Source of the DNA: Escherichia phage vB_EcoM-Pr103Blw
Strand: one strand, 5' to 3'
DNA length: 64,000 bases
Sequence record: MW481326.1
A program made the position numbers and the translations under genes. Shown here piece by piece: positions 23,129-33,506 of this stretch. The notes beneath the pieces were generated by a model. That model was not told where the DNA came from. It did not search any database and saw only the letters and a program-made list of their open reading frames with translations. Position 1 is the first letter of the stretch. The number at the start of each line of letters is the position of its first letter.

Positions 23129-25828
23129 TTAGTGAACCTCAAGCCAGCTTTTACCAACCTTACCAGTACCTGTAACAAGTGTTTCTTTCTTAAGACCTAA
23201 GTTTTTAGAAGCTTGTCCATAATACCAGTCAGTAACTGCTTTCACTTCTGCCGTCATACTTTCTGGACATTCCCAACTTGTTTCATCGTGATATGCGCAG
23301 AGCAAACGAGCACCAATAGCTGGTTGACGACCATTCAACTTCATCAAACCTTCGTCAATCATACGACGACAAGCAAGGTTGATTGCCTCATTTTGAATCT
23401 GAGCCTCTGAACCCATCAAAAGGTAGTTCAACAGTTTGTGTGGAGATTTACACCACAACCAAGCTCCAGCAACCTTTACGAAGCCCCCTTTAGAGATTGC
23501 AGCGGTCTTACCAAACACCTCTTCAAGTGCCTTCTTAGTTGCTTTGTAGTCAGCTTCCAAGTTATCTAATAGTTTCTTAATCTTTGGTAAACGCACAAAG
23601 TAAGTCTGTTTAGTTAATGCACCTTCCTGAGTAGTGGCTGCCTTAATAGTTTTAGCAAACTTTTCATCACCTGCACCGAACAGTAGTGCATAGATACCAT
23701 TCTTAGCTTTCTTACGACCTTTGCTAATCTCATGAAGAAGATTCTCATCCTGAGTAGCTCGACAATTCAAGATATCCTGCTCATCATTCAAGCTAAAGTA
23801 AATACTGTTCAGTGTATGTGCATCAGTCCCTGAATAAACAACGTACAGGTCATTCTCAGGGTCATAACGTAGGTACTTATCAATCTCTGGGTTGAGGTAC
23901 TCATCAAAGTGTTTGCAGTAATAGCGTCCATCTTCTTGACGAATAAACTCAATCTCTTCTTTACCTTGCGTCACCGCTTTGGTGAAGTCTTTGTCACCCA
24001 TAAAGTTGCAAAGAAGAACTAGCTGGGCTGAGTTCATGTCTACAGAGACAACGTTAGTACCTTCTTCACAAATCCACACTGCCCTCATTGGTTCACCATA
24101 GACAGCAGCACCAGACGGTACGTTTACAATACCATACTGTGTCATACGTCCAGTTGAAGTACCAAATACCATTGCACCAGCACTAAGGCGACCATCTGGA
24201 CGAATCTGGTTTAGCCAACCTTTCTCATCATCCTTTGAGTTCTCAATAGTTCTGCGTCTGTGCATCAAAGTATAGTACTTAGCAATCTTCTGTCCAAGCT
24301 CACCTTCAATCGTATCATAAGATGATTCCGTAAGTTTTGGTGAAGTACGGATTAAGCAAGGTTCAAGCAAATCTGTGTACTTCTTCACAGACCAGTTATG
24401 TTCAATGTACTGGACACCTTCATGTTCGACATAACTCAAACCACACCGTTCAACCATCTCCTGCCACTTAGGATGTTTTGTAATCATCTTTTTGTTGTCT
24501 TTGAAACGACAAACTTTGACAGGGCGACCATCTGAGTCTTTCTTGTAGTTCCAGTCATCTGGAATCCAACCAACTGATTTCAAGTAGTCTTTAACAACTG
24601 CTACCTGAGTCATACGAGAAACTTCAAACTCAATTGGTGTATATGGTGCATCAATCAATCCTGTGTAGCGACTTGACTCCAGTTCAAAGTGGTTAACAAC
24701 ATGGCTGTTATAGTACTTCACAGTCTTAACTGTCTTCACTGGCTTCCAGTCTTTGCATTTCTTACCAATCTTTGCATTCAACTCGTTGCAAATTGCACGA
24801 GCATCCTTCATTGCTACAAAACCTTCCTTGTACTCTTCACCAGTTACAGAGTTGGTTGGTGTATAGCAATTTCTCTTTTCAATGTTAAAAATCTTTGTAG
24901 TTGGCTTACCAAATGGTTTGATTTCGTATGTCTGCATCTCACCGTTACGTACCTGCTGACGGTACTTCGTCTTAGGGTACTTGGTAATTCTCTTCAGTCC
25001 ATCTGCATGACCGAATGCTTCCACATACTCATTCCAAGCTTTTGCAAACTCTTCTCCAGTAACTTTACCTTTAGTTTTAATAGTTGGAGGAAGATGTGGT
25101 TCAACTTCTGAAGCAAGCTCATTAGTCAACTTGTCAAGTTCCTTTACATGGAACTCCATAAGCTCTTTATCAGCCTTCCAACCATTAATAGCCTGTTGAC
25201 TCATCCAGAAAGATGTTTCTTTAGCTCGCATGTAGGTTTCATAGGTGTCTATGCCACACTTCTTTAGCTTCAGGTATTCATTATCCAGTGCACGTTTAGT
25301 TTTGGCGTTAATACGGATATCTTCTACAACACGAGTGAAGATTTCTGCATTCCACACACCCCAATGTTCAATCTCTGGTTTACGTACACCAACACGAGCA
25401 CCCCATGCTGCCAAACCATGAGCACCTTTATAGCCTTTTGGAGTTGGTCTATCCATCCACTGAACACGAGATTGGATAAGAGAATCCTGAAAGAAATTAC
25501 TCCACGGCTTACACTTTGGATTATCAAAGTTCCATAAATCAGGTGCAATGTGATTGAAAACCCACCAGTCATATCCAAGACCGTTATGGATGCAAAGCCG
25601 TTTTGCCTTTAACGCAAACTCAATACCTTCACGTAAGCCACCCTTAATGTACTTGGTATACTTGTGACCGAGGATAGGCTCATCTGTAAAGACCCATACA
25701 GGTGGCTCTTCATCGTCAGATTTATAGTCTGCGAAAGCCATTACGTGCACTTTAGTGAACTCAAGGAGTAAACCATCAGTTTCTGTATCACCAACTAAAT
25801 GTAAGTTTTTAAAATCTACGTTTTCCAT
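23129..25828 (-). CDS. DNA polymerase, family A (T7 gp5-like) with 3'-5' exonuclease domain
   Basis: About 899 aa from ATG at 25828 (GAGGGAG SD); exo motif VGDTETDGL near N-terminus; Pol I-type palm/fingers downstream. Confidence 0.9.
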   Translation of the reverse strand: MENVDFKNLHLVGDTETDGLLLEFTKVHVMAFADYKSDDEEPPVWVFTDEPILGHKYTKYIKGGLREGIEFALKAKRLCIHNGLGYDWWVFNHIAPDLWNFDNPKCKPWSNFFQDSLIQSRVQWMDRPTPKGYKGAHGLAAWGARVGVRKPEIEHWGVWNAEIFTRVVEDIRINAKTKRALDNEYLKLKKCGIDTYETYMRAKETSFWMSQQAINGWKADKELMEFHVKELDKLTNELASEVEPHLPPTIKTKGKVTGEEFAKAWNEYVEAFGHADGLKRITKYPKTKYRQQVRNGEMQTYEIKPFGKPTTKIFNIEKRNCYTPTNSVTGEEYKEGFVAMKDARAICNELNAKIGKKCKDWKPVKTVKTVKYYNSHVVNHFELESSRYTGLIDAPYTPIEFEVSRMTQVAVVKDYLKSVGWIPDDWNYKKDSDGRPVKVCRFKDNKKMITKHPKWQEMVERCGLSYVEHEGVQYIEHNWSVKKYTDLLEPCLIRTSPKLTESSYDTIEGELGQKIAKYYTLMHRRRTIENSKDDEKGWLNQIRPDGRLSAGAMVFGTSTGRMTQYGIVNVPSGAAVYGEPMRAVWICEEGTNVVSVDMNSAQLVLLCNFMGDKDFTKAVTQGKEEIEFIRQEDGRYYCKHFDEYLNPEIDKYLRYDPENDLYVVYSGTDAHTLNSIYFSLNDEQDILNCRATQDENLLHEISKGRKKAKNGIYALLFGAGDEKFAKTIKAATTQEGALTKQTYFVRLPKIKKLLDNLEADYKATKKALEEVFGKTAAISKGGFVKVAGAWLWCKSPHKLLNYLLMGSEAQIQNEAINLACRRMIDEGLMKLNGRQPAIGARLLCAYHDETSWECPESMTAEVKAVTDWYYGQASKNLGLKKETLVTGTGKVGKSWLEVH

Positions 25829-26085
25829 TTTTACTCCCTCTAAAATCATTAACCTCATACATTACTGCAAAAAATTATAAAAAGCAAGTTGACAATGTAC
25901 TTGACAAGGTGTTAATCTTTGCGAAGTGGGTTTTTACTTAAAAGGTTACTTAACAGTTTAACTATACAGATACTTTAAAACTCTTAAAAGATTATTTAAT
26001 AGCTTTTAAAAAGCTTTAAAGTATAACGTATAGAATACGTTAAGATAAAAGATTAAAACTTAATAGTTACTTAAAAGAGGCTTAC

Positions 26086-26508
26086 ATGCAGAAAATGTTT
26101 GTTCACCCAGACATAGCTGACTTTGTTAGAGCTTTGCAGAAGTTGGAAGAACTTGACATTGCTGCTCAACGGGAATATGCTCACCATCACAGGAGAATGG
26201 TTGATATACAACATGAAATAGAGTTGTCTGAAAACTATGAAGATGACTTAAAATGCTCTGTATTTGAGCATATGAAAGATGTTGCTACAGCGAGACGTAA
26301 AGCTAAAGACACAGTTGCTTTACTAGATTCTCTTAAAAAGAGGTTGCAAAGTGGTACAGACCTGTGTAATCTAGCGTCACTGATTAATGATGTTGAAACT
26401 TCTTGGGATAGACATTACTATCCACGTTCTGAAAAGACACTTGACTTTTCTTCATCCGAAAACTTAAAATGTTCTAGAAAGAAACTTAACCAACTGAGAG
26501 AGAAATAA
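26086..26508 (+). CDS. hypothetical protein
   Basis: 140 aa, first gene of + strand block. Confidence 0.5.
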   Translation: MQKMFVHPDIADFVRALQKLEELDIAAQREYAHHHRRMVDIQHEIELSENYEDDLKCSVFEHMKDVATARRKAKDTVALLDSLKKRLQSGTDLCNLASLINDVETSWDRHYYPRSEKTLDFSSSENLKCSRKKLNQLREK

Positions 26509-26509
26509 T

Positions 26510-27322
26510 ATGAATACTACTGTAGACCAGATGCTTGAAGAAAAAGGTATTGACGAAGCTTTCTTAATCAATGCCGTAGAAAGCATGGCTATGATTCTTC
26601 GTGGAAACAACTACACAGAACAGTTTATGCCTGCAAGCTATAACCTGCCTAAAGACAAGTCTGATAACGGTGCTTTTGCAGAACAGGTTAATATGATGCT
26701 GTGTGACAAAACACTTGCTTTAGCATCTATTGTTGTAGGTGTTGATGCTCTTGCAGAGTTCATTTTTTATGAGATGCAGAAAAATGACTATATTGCCATG
26801 ACCTCTGAAGAAAAAGACTCGCTATTGCTCTTAGATAATAATGAGCTAGTTGACCTGTTAATTTCGTCAACGAGTGCTGTTATGGCTGCTCTTGAGAAGC
26901 GCATGGAAGAGAAGCTGTCACGATATGAAAAACTTGATTGGGGTGTAGAAGAGTTAAACCCACGAATCAAAGAGATTATCCAGCAAACTAAAGATTCTTT
27001 AGAAGAAGCTGTGAAAGATGATTCTGTAGCTGATGTAGAACCACTACAGGTGAAGGTTGCTCTGATGATTCCAGCTATTTCTACAATGATGAATATCGTT
27101 GCACTAATCCAACTTTCTCAGATGTTGGGAGTAACCATTGAGTTCGTTGAGGAAATGACTGGCGGTGTGAGTATGCAAGCAATCAATGATGTTTTGGTAA
27201 GCATCGGTGCTTCAATCATTGAAGAGAAGCTTCGCATTAACTTCGGTGATGATTTTGTTAAGCAAATCTCAGCTATGGCTGAAAAAGAACACTCACAGAT
27301 TAATACTAACCAACTGCACTGA
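26510..27322 (+). CDS. hypothetical protein
   Basis: 270 aa, acidic, coupled to previous ORF. Confidence 0.5.
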   Translation: MNTTVDQMLEEKGIDEAFLINAVESMAMILRGNNYTEQFMPASYNLPKDKSDNGAFAEQVNMMLCDKTLALASIVVGVDALAEFIFYEMQKNDYIAMTSEEKDSLLLLDNNELVDLLISSTSAVMAALEKRMEEKLSRYEKLDWGVEELNPRIKEIIQQTKDSLEEAVKDDSVADVEPLQVKVALMIPAISTMMNIVALIQLSQMLGVTIEFVEEMTGGVSMQAINDVLVSIGASIIEEKLRINFGDDFVKQISAMAEKEHSQINTNQLH

Positions 27323-27340
27323 GTTTTTATAAATCTTACA

Positions 27341-27365
27341 AGCCTCCTTAGTTGGGGGCTTTTTA
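27341..27365 (+). terminator. terminator-like hairpin
   Basis: AGCCTCC-ttagtt-GGGGGCT followed by TTTTT. Confidence 0.4.
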
Positions 27366-27383
27366 GTAATTAATGGAGATAAA

Positions 27384-28127
27384 ATGAGTAATATTATCGC
27401 ATTTACTGGAAAGGCACGTTCTGGAAAAGACACCTCATGTTCTATTGTGAAGAACATCTTAGAGGATGAGTATGGCTACAATGTTGCTGTAATGGCCTTT
27501 GCAGACAACCTTAAACTATCTGCATCAAAGATATTTGACTTGACTTGGAATGACCTGTACGGTGAAACTAAAGAGACTCCACAGGTTTTTGACTTATCAT
27601 ATCCTGAACTGATGTTTAAAGTTACGGAAGCTATGGAGTTCACCTTCAGAGATGAACGTTACCATATGGACTTCAAGCTTATGTCAGAGTTAACCGGACG
27701 ATTAATCATGGAGCTTAAGAAGGTTGCTAAACCGACTCTATTGACACGTCTGGGGTTTAGCAAAAAGTATAAATTCTCATCAAGACAAATTCAACAGATT
27801 TGGGGTACTGAAGTTGTCCGTAAGGTAATGGGCGACAAGTTCTGGTCTAAAGACCTTGAAAAAAGAATGGTTAGATTCCATGAAATGTGCTCACTTAGAA
27901 ATCAATATGGTTTTGTCTTAATCAGTGATTTAAGATTTGACTCTGAAGCTGAATGGCTGAGTAGATTTGCACACCAAACTATTGAAGTAAAAAGAGACAA
28001 TGTGGACAAAGTTTCATCACATGTTTCAGAAAATGGGATTTCTACAAAATATGAGCGTGACATTATTCATAATAATGGTACTCTTGCAGACCTTGAGAAC
28101 AAGCTAAGAGCCATCATTAAAGTTTAA
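27384..28127 (+). CDS. deoxynucleoside monophosphate kinase (P-loop)
   Basis: N-terminal IIAFTGKARSGKDT matches Walker A of T4 gp1-type dNMP kinase (MKLIFLSGVKRSGKDT). Confidence 0.6.
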   Translation: MSNIIAFTGKARSGKDTSCSIVKNILEDEYGYNVAVMAFADNLKLSASKIFDLTWNDLYGETKETPQVFDLSYPELMFKVTEAMEFTFRDERYHMDFKLMSELTGRLIMELKKVAKPTLLTRLGFSKKYKFSSRQIQQIWGTEVVRKVMGDKFWSKDLEKRMVRFHEMCSLRNQYGFVLISDLRFDSEAEWLSRFAHQTIEVKRDNVDKVSSHVSENGISTKYERDIIHNNGTLADLENKLRAIIKV

Positions 28128-28135
28128 AAGAGAGA

Positions 28136-28336
28136 ATGAAGATGAGAGTAAAAGACAATTTTAAAGTTATTGACCACCGTTTAGTGGAACTCTCATCTCT
28201 TTCCAATGAGGTAATGATTGAACGTCTTAAGAGAGTTGAATCACGAAGGAAAGAGATTGCAGATGAAATTCATGAACTGGACAAGATTGAAAATGGATTG
28301 AAGGCAGAACTACAACGAAGAGGTGCTAATGTCTAA
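28136..28336 (+). CDS. small coiled-coil protein
   Basis: 66 aa, charged, overlaps primase-helicase start. Confidence 0.4.
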   Translation: MKMRVKDNFKVIDHRLVELSSLSNEVMIERLKRVESRRKEIADEIHELDKIENGLKAELQRRGANV

Positions 28337-30314
28337 AGGTCGTAAATTGAAAGAGGCTGGTCAGTTTATTGGTCATTGTGCATGTCCACGTTGTGGTTCA
28401 TCAGATGCTGGTTCAATCTATCATCATGACGATGATTCTTATTCAATGACTTGCTTTAGTTGTAACAAAGGTTTCCCAGAGTGGGATTTTGATAAAGGAC
28501 AAATCGTGAGCACTTATTCTACTGGTTCAGACAATAAAAACCGTACTTTCCGTGGAATGGATTTAGACGATGTGAAAGAAAACCTTGAAGCAATGGACTT
28601 AAAGGATAGGAAGATTCCTGCAAAAGTCCTTGAACGCTTAGGTATCAAGGTTGACATTGACAGTGATGGTGAAATTGATGCGCACTTCTATCCAACTTAC
28701 AAACGTAATGAAGATGGTAAGCTAGAACATGTTGGTTACCGTGTTCGTCACCGTTACCCAGAAGACCATCCAAAAGAGCACCTACGTGGTAAGCTAAAAG
28801 ACTTTTCTGGTGGTGTTGGAGACATTAAAGGTGAACTGGCAATGTTCGGTTCATGGATTGCTCCAGAAGGTGGTAACCGTCTATTCATCTGGGAAGGTGA
28901 GATGGAATGTGCGACAGCAATCTATATGACCTCTCTTGCGATTAAAGACAAGTCTCGTCGTAAGAATTACTGTCATGTATCTGTTCCGTCAGGTGCAAAC
29001 ATCAAGTCTATCAAAGATAACTATCAGTACATCACATCATTTGATGAGATTTACTTGTGCTTTGATAATGATGAAGCAGGTGCTAAAGCTACCAAAGAGG
29101 CTGCTGGTATCTTACCTATTGAGAAGGTTCGTTTATTCCAGTATCCAGAAGGTGTAAAAGACCTTAATGAATGGTGGACAAAGTTCTATAAAGAAAAAGA
29201 CACAGTTCTTGAAGGGTTTAAGCAGCGTATCTACAACGCACCTCGTTATTGCCCTGCTGGTATCAAGAACTTTGCAGATGGTTTTGAGGCAATGAAGAAT
29301 CGTGGTCAGATTCCTTTGATTCCTTTCCCAGAATCTTTCGGGGATTTGAACAGACTAACTTACGGTGGTTATGGTTTAGGAGAGATTACAACTCTGGCAG
29401 CACCATCTTCAGTAGGTAAATCAGCTTACACTCGTGAGATGATTTATTCAGCTTGGAAGGAAACCGATTACAATATTGGTGTAATTCCGGTAGAAGATAC
29501 CTATGAAGAGTTGATGGAGATGCTCTGTGCAATTCACCTGAGCAAACAGATTTCTGAGATTCCTTATGACGAACGTGATTGGGATGAATTAAAGGAAGCA
29601 CACGCAGAACTATCTAAAGGTCGTCGTATCCACATCGTAGACCATCAAGGGGCGATTGACCAAGACAACCTGCTGGAATTTGTTGACTATCTTGTTAACA
29701 GTTTAGACTGTAAGATTATTATTCTTGACCCTATTACGTTGGCTCTGTCACGTTCAGATACGGATGAAGAGGAAGTTTTGTCTGAGCTATTGCGTCGTTG
29801 CAAACGCTACCAGTATGCACAGGTTAACGTCTGTCACGTTCGTAAGAGTGCAGGTGGTCAGAAAGCTAACTCTGAAGGTGGAGATATCTCTGAAGAGGAT
29901 ATTAAGGGTTCTGGTGCGTATTTCCAGATTTCCATGAACAACATTCTGTTAATGCGTAACAAGGTTGACCCAGACCCTGTTAAGAAAAACTTGACAAAAA
30001 TCAAGTTAACTAAGTGTCGTCGTCATGGTAAGTCAACAGGTATTGCTGGTCATACTTGGTACAATCCAGACACAGGACGTCTTATCAAAGCTTCTGGGTG
30101 TGGTGTTGACATTGATGGCGCAGCAGAAAATATTCGACAACAGTTTGGCATTGGTGAAGCTGAAGACCATTATGATGACTCTTTACCTCATTATGAGGAT
30201 GAAGTGTTTGACCGTGAGACTGGTGAAGTCTATACTGAAGAACAGCGTCAAAGCTCAACGATTCCACCTGTATTAAGTGAGGATGCAGATGACTGCCCGT
30301 TCGAAACTGAGTGA
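28323..30314 (+). CDS. primase-helicase (T7 gp4-like)
   Basis: N-terminal zinc ribbon (CACPRCGSSD...CFSCNKG), central TOPRIM-like region, C-terminal DnaB-type Walker A (APSSVGKSAYT). Confidence 0.85.
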   Translation: MLMSKGRKLKEAGQFIGHCACPRCGSSDAGSIYHHDDDSYSMTCFSCNKGFPEWDFDKGQIVSTYSTGSDNKNRTFRGMDLDDVKENLEAMDLKDRKIPAKVLERLGIKVDIDSDGEIDAHFYPTYKRNEDGKLEHVGYRVRHRYPEDHPKEHLRGKLKDFSGGVGDIKGELAMFGSWIAPEGGNRLFIWEGEMECATAIYMTSLAIKDKSRRKNYCHVSVPSGANIKSIKDNYQYITSFDEIYLCFDNDEAGAKATKEAAGILPIEKVRLFQYPEGVKDLNEWWTKFYKEKDTVLEGFKQRIYNAPRYCPAGIKNFADGFEAMKNRGQIPLIPFPESFGDLNRLTYGGYGLGEITTLAAPSSVGKSAYTREMIYSAWKETDYNIGVIPVEDTYEELMEMLCAIHLSKQISEIPYDERDWDELKEAHAELSKGRRIHIVDHQGAIDQDNLLEFVDYLVNSLDCKIIILDPITLALSRSDTDEEEVLSELLRRCKRYQYAQVNVCHVRKSAGGQKANSEGGDISEEDIKGSGAYFQISMNNILLMRNKVDPDPVKKNLTKIKLTKCRRHGKSTGIAGHTWYNPDTGRLIKASGCGVDIDGAAENIRQQFGIGEAEDHYDDSLPHYEDEVFDRETGEVYTEEQRQSSTIPPVLSEDADDCPFETE

Positions 30315-30570
30315 TAGTTACAAAAGAGAGGGGTTCATACCCTTCTTTGAAGAAAAAAGTTTAAATAAATTTCAGGAAGAGTGTTTGACAAAGGTTGATA
30401 GGTTCTATAGAATGCTCCTCATGAAATGCAATGGGGAAGTTGATATAAAAGAAGATTTCTACCAAAGCACGATTACAGTCATCATTACACTGCCTCAGCA
30501 TAATATTAGTTGGCTGTTTATCATTAAAGAAAATGTGTTTGAATATCAAGTATATCGGAGAATATCATGA
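30289..30570 (+). CDS. hypothetical protein
   Basis: Track ORF starts at GTG 30277; ATG 30289 is 6 nt after GAGGA SD. Confidence 0.35.
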   Translation: MTARSKLSDSYKREGFIPFFEEKSLNKFQEECLTKVDRFYRMLLMKCNGEVDIKEDFYQSTITVIITLPQHNISWLFIIKENVFEYQVYRRIS

Positions 30571-30716
30571 AACACTCTAAAGCATTTGAAAAAGTTTTTG
30601 GGGATTCCTTAAAAGCCACTGCTGGTAAACCAGCAAAATACTATGAAGAGAAGCGTGTAAGAACTGGAAAAACTGCACGTAAAGCAGCTTCTAAAGATAA
30701 GCACAACTTCCAGTAA
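30567..30716 (+). CDS. small basic protein (49 aa, below cutoff)
   Basis: ATGA overlap with upstream stop, GGAG SD; lysine-rich (KAASKDKHNFQ). Confidence 0.35.
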   Translation: MKHSKAFEKVFGDSLKATAGKPAKYYEEKRVRTGKTARKAASKDKHNFQ

Positions 30717-30723
30717 TTAATGT

Positions 30724-30752
30724 TTGACAATAGAGTATCAACAAATTAGAAT
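30724..30752 (+). promoter_or_regulatory. sigma70-like promoter
   Basis: TTGACA-17 nt-TAGAAT about 40 nt upstream of SSB gene start. Confidence 0.55.
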
Positions 30753-30788
30753 TGGTACTTTTCATAAATTGAGATAGAGGTTTAAATA

Positions 30789-31646
30789 ATGTCTAAAGTT
30801 GTTAAAATGAAAGCTCCGGTAGAGAAGTACAATGGTACTGAACGTCAAACTCTGCGTTACCTTCTGAAAGATGTTTGGTTTTATTACCTGAACACTTCAC
30901 CACGTCCGGGAAAAGGCAAATCCATTGATAAGAAATTCCCAGGCAAAGACTGTAACTACAGTGTTTCAATTCTGGCAGAAGATGGTAACAAACTGTTTAA
31001 AGAGTTTACTAAGTCTAAGAAAAACCCAGAAGGTTGGGATAAAGTTACTACTGAAGCAGTTGATGCAGATGACTTCGAAGAGAAGTTTGGTTGCAAACCA
31101 CCATTTGAAGCAGACACTTACTACATCTTGAAAGTAAGTCGTGCAGCAGCTTATAAAGATGGTGCTGTGTGGACAGCTAAACAGTCATTCCCTGTAATGC
31201 TGATTGAAGAAGTAAATGGTAAGCGTGTAGCTGTTAAACAGCCGATGAAGAAAATCAAAGCTCAAGCATCTGACAAACATGAAGATGACAAGAACTATGA
31301 TGTAATTCATCCAGATATTGCAGTCGGTAATGGTTCTTTTGGTAGTGTGATTCTTTCTACTCACTTCTACACTTTTGAGAACAATGTCCTGACAAAACCT
31401 ATTCAGGAACAGTTTATCATTGACACCCTTGTACCCTACACTGGTGGTAACGGTGCTAACGGTGAACCTGAACTGGATGAAGACGAACTGGCTATGCTTG
31501 GTCTTGATGGTGTTGAAGACAACGGTGAAATCACTGAAGAAGACGCAAAAGACCACAAGCCTTCTAATGATTCTGATGATGGTGACGATGAAGACTTGCC
31601 AGACCCAGATGACGAAGAAGATGAAGACTTCGATACAGAAGACTAA
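30789..31646 (+). CDS. putative single-stranded DNA-binding protein (T7 gp2.5-like)
   Basis: 285 aa with acidic C-terminal tail ending DDEEDEDFDTED, like gp2.5; sits in T7-like replisome cluster. Confidence 0.5.
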   Translation: MSKVVKMKAPVEKYNGTERQTLRYLLKDVWFYYLNTSPRPGKGKSIDKKFPGKDCNYSVSILAEDGNKLFKEFTKSKKNPEGWDKVTTEAVDADDFEEKFGCKPPFEADTYYILKVSRAAAYKDGAVWTAKQSFPVMLIEEVNGKRVAVKQPMKKIKAQASDKHEDDKNYDVIHPDIAVGNGSFGSVILSTHFYTFENNVLTKPIQEQFIIDTLVPYTGGNGANGEPELDEDELAMLGLDGVEDNGEITEEDAKDHKPSNDSDDGDDEDLPDPDDEEDEDFDTED

Positions 31647-31664
31647 TCTTTAAAAGTTACTTTA

Positions 31665-31692
31665 AAGCCCTGTACTTAGTATGGGGCTTTTT
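31665..31692 (+). terminator. terminator-like hairpin
   Basis: AAGCCC ... GGGCTT stem followed by TTTTT. Confidence 0.35.
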
Positions 31693-31708
31693 CATATGGA
31701 GAGTCACA

Positions 31709-32749
31709 ATGGAGAAGTACACGCTAACAAAACTTCCCGATTCAGTTACACATGTCTTTATTGACTCTGACAGTATTGCCTATAAAGGTGCTTGTGTAGT
31801 TGAGAAAGCAAAATATAAGTATGTCAATAAACTAACAGCAGAAGAATCTGAACCATTTGATAATGCAAAAGATGCGGCAAGATGGTTAGCAGACCAGAGA
31901 ATCCTTGTGGAAGAACTTGGCCTGACATTTGATGAAGATGAATGGGAAAGACAGACTTGGAAAGAAGCTAAGAGTGAAAAAGAAGCTATCATGGCTACTC
32001 AGCAGGTTCTTCAGGAATGGCTTAAGGTTGTTGGTAAAGAGAGAACTTGGGTAGGTTACTTAACAGAGAAGGGTGTACATAAACATAAAGACATTAAAGG
32101 TCTTGAGCACCAATATCAAGGTAACCGTAAAGAGGCTGTCACACCAACACACTTGGTTGCTTGTCGTGAATATCTTCTGTCAAGACCAGAGTTTAAACTC
32201 TTAAAGGGTGGCTTCGAAGCCGATTCCATCGTAATTGCTAAAGCTGAAAAGATGGGTAAGAAGGCTGCTCTTATGAGTATTGACAAAGACCTTCGACAAG
32301 CTGAAGGTACTTATTGTATTGATATGACTTATGAAAAGTCACCACTAATTTTTATTGCTGACAATAATGTTGGTGATATCTGGGATTGTCCTATCAAATC
32401 AAAACCAAAAGCTGCAAAAACAGTTGGTGTAGGTTTTAAATTTTTGTGTTATCAGGCTGTTGCTGGAGATAATGCAGACAACTACTTCGGCCTTAAAGGT
32501 GCTGGAAAAGTAGCTGTGATGAATGCTTTAGATGGTAAAGAGACTTATAAAGAGTGCCTTGACGCTATCTATGAACTCTATGCTAAAAAAGAGTCTTACA
32601 CCTATGTGTCATGGGATGGACAGACTGTTACCAAAACACCATTAGAGTTAATGGAACAACATTTCTGGATAGCATATCAAGAGAGAAATCCAAAAGATAA
32701 TTTCTCTTTTAAGAAATATAATTGGGAGCCGTGTATGAATGAAGATTAA
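31709..32749 (+). CDS. 5'-3' exonuclease (T7 gp6-like)
   Basis: VFIDSDSIAYKGA, MSIDKDL and AGDNADNYFG segments parallel gp6 motifs (ILVMDGDWLVFQA, ISCDKDF, KGDITDGYSG). Confidence 0.6.
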   Translation: MEKYTLTKLPDSVTHVFIDSDSIAYKGACVVEKAKYKYVNKLTAEESEPFDNAKDAARWLADQRILVEELGLTFDEDEWERQTWKEAKSEKEAIMATQQVLQEWLKVVGKERTWVGYLTEKGVHKHKDIKGLEHQYQGNRKEAVTPTHLVACREYLLSRPEFKLLKGGFEADSIVIAKAEKMGKKAALMSIDKDLRQAEGTYCIDMTYEKSPLIFIADNNVGDIWDCPIKSKPKAAKTVGVGFKFLCYQAVAGDNADNYFGLKGAGKVAVMNALDGKETYKECLDAIYELYAKKESYTYVSWDGQTVTKTPLELMEQHFWIAYQERNPKDNFSFKKYNWEPCMNED

Positions 32750-33236
32750 AGGATTTGGCAATTGTCCTACCTATGGTCATTGGGTATCTTTATGTGGGGA
32801 AGTTGACCCCACTAAACATTTTGGTTTTGTCTATTTAGTATACTGTAAGAAAACCGGACAATATTATATCGGAAAGAAACAGCTTAATAGTGTGACCAAA
32901 AGAAAAGTTGCTGGCAAGACTCGGAAGAAGGTAGTCACTAAGGAAAGTGATTGGATGACTTATGAGACTTCCTCTGAGTATATTAAAAAGGATATTGAGA
33001 GCTTTGGAAAAGAATTTTTTGACTTTTACATTATTCAAACCTACTACACAAAAGGTGGTCTAGTTTATGGTGAAGCAAACCTTCAACATAAATTCGATGT
33101 AATGACAAAAAGGATTGACTCTAAGCTCAGACTCTTCTACAATGCCAATATTGCAGCAATTAAGTTTATTACTAAAGAAACTTATGAAGATGCTGAAAAA
33201 AGAATCCATAAGGTAATGAAAGCAAATTGTGCTTGA
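32739..33236 (+). CDS. GIY-YIG domain protein (possible endonuclease)
   Basis: FGFVYLVYCKKTGQYYIGKK matches GIY...YIG spacing. Confidence 0.4.
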   Translation: MKIKGFGNCPTYGHWVSLCGEVDPTKHFGFVYLVYCKKTGQYYIGKKQLNSVTKRKVAGKTRKKVVTKESDWMTYETSSEYIKKDIESFGKEFFDFYIIQTYYTKGGLVYGEANLQHKFDVMTKRIDSKLRLFYNANIAAIKFITKETYEDAEKRIHKVMKANCA

Positions 33237-33242
33237 TAACTA

Positions 33243-33506
33243 TTGAGAGAGAATAAAATGTTTAACAAAAGTAAAGCTGTGAGTCATGTAGCAAAAGTTG
33301 ACAGCAAGATTGAAGAACTTGAGCGCATTCTTGCAAATGCCAGAGAGTCAATAATTAAAGAGGTTGAAGCTGTTGAATCTCAAATGCAGCACCTAATGCT
33401 TAAACGTCAAGAGCTACGTGAGCATCTGGAATATATTGAAACACGAGAGCTAAAGGTTAACAGATATTTTAAGGAGTCCAAATGTTTAACTCAAGAGAAT
33501 CAGTAA
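33243..33506 (+). CDS. small coiled-coil protein
   Basis: 87 aa, heptad-rich. Confidence 0.4.
   Translation: MRENKMFNKSKAVSHVAKVDSKIEELERILANARESIIKEVEAVESQMQHLMLKRQELREHLEYIETRELKVNRYFKESKCLTQENQ

Noticed and set aside
25859-26085. Strong divergent promoters in the DNA polymerase / 26086 intergenic region
   Set aside because: TTGACA hexamers are present (25889, 25901) but the matching -10 elements are poor (TTAATC, AAGTGG); a palindrome ACGTAT-N3-ATACGT near 26029 is noted but too short to call an operator with confidence. Left unannotated.
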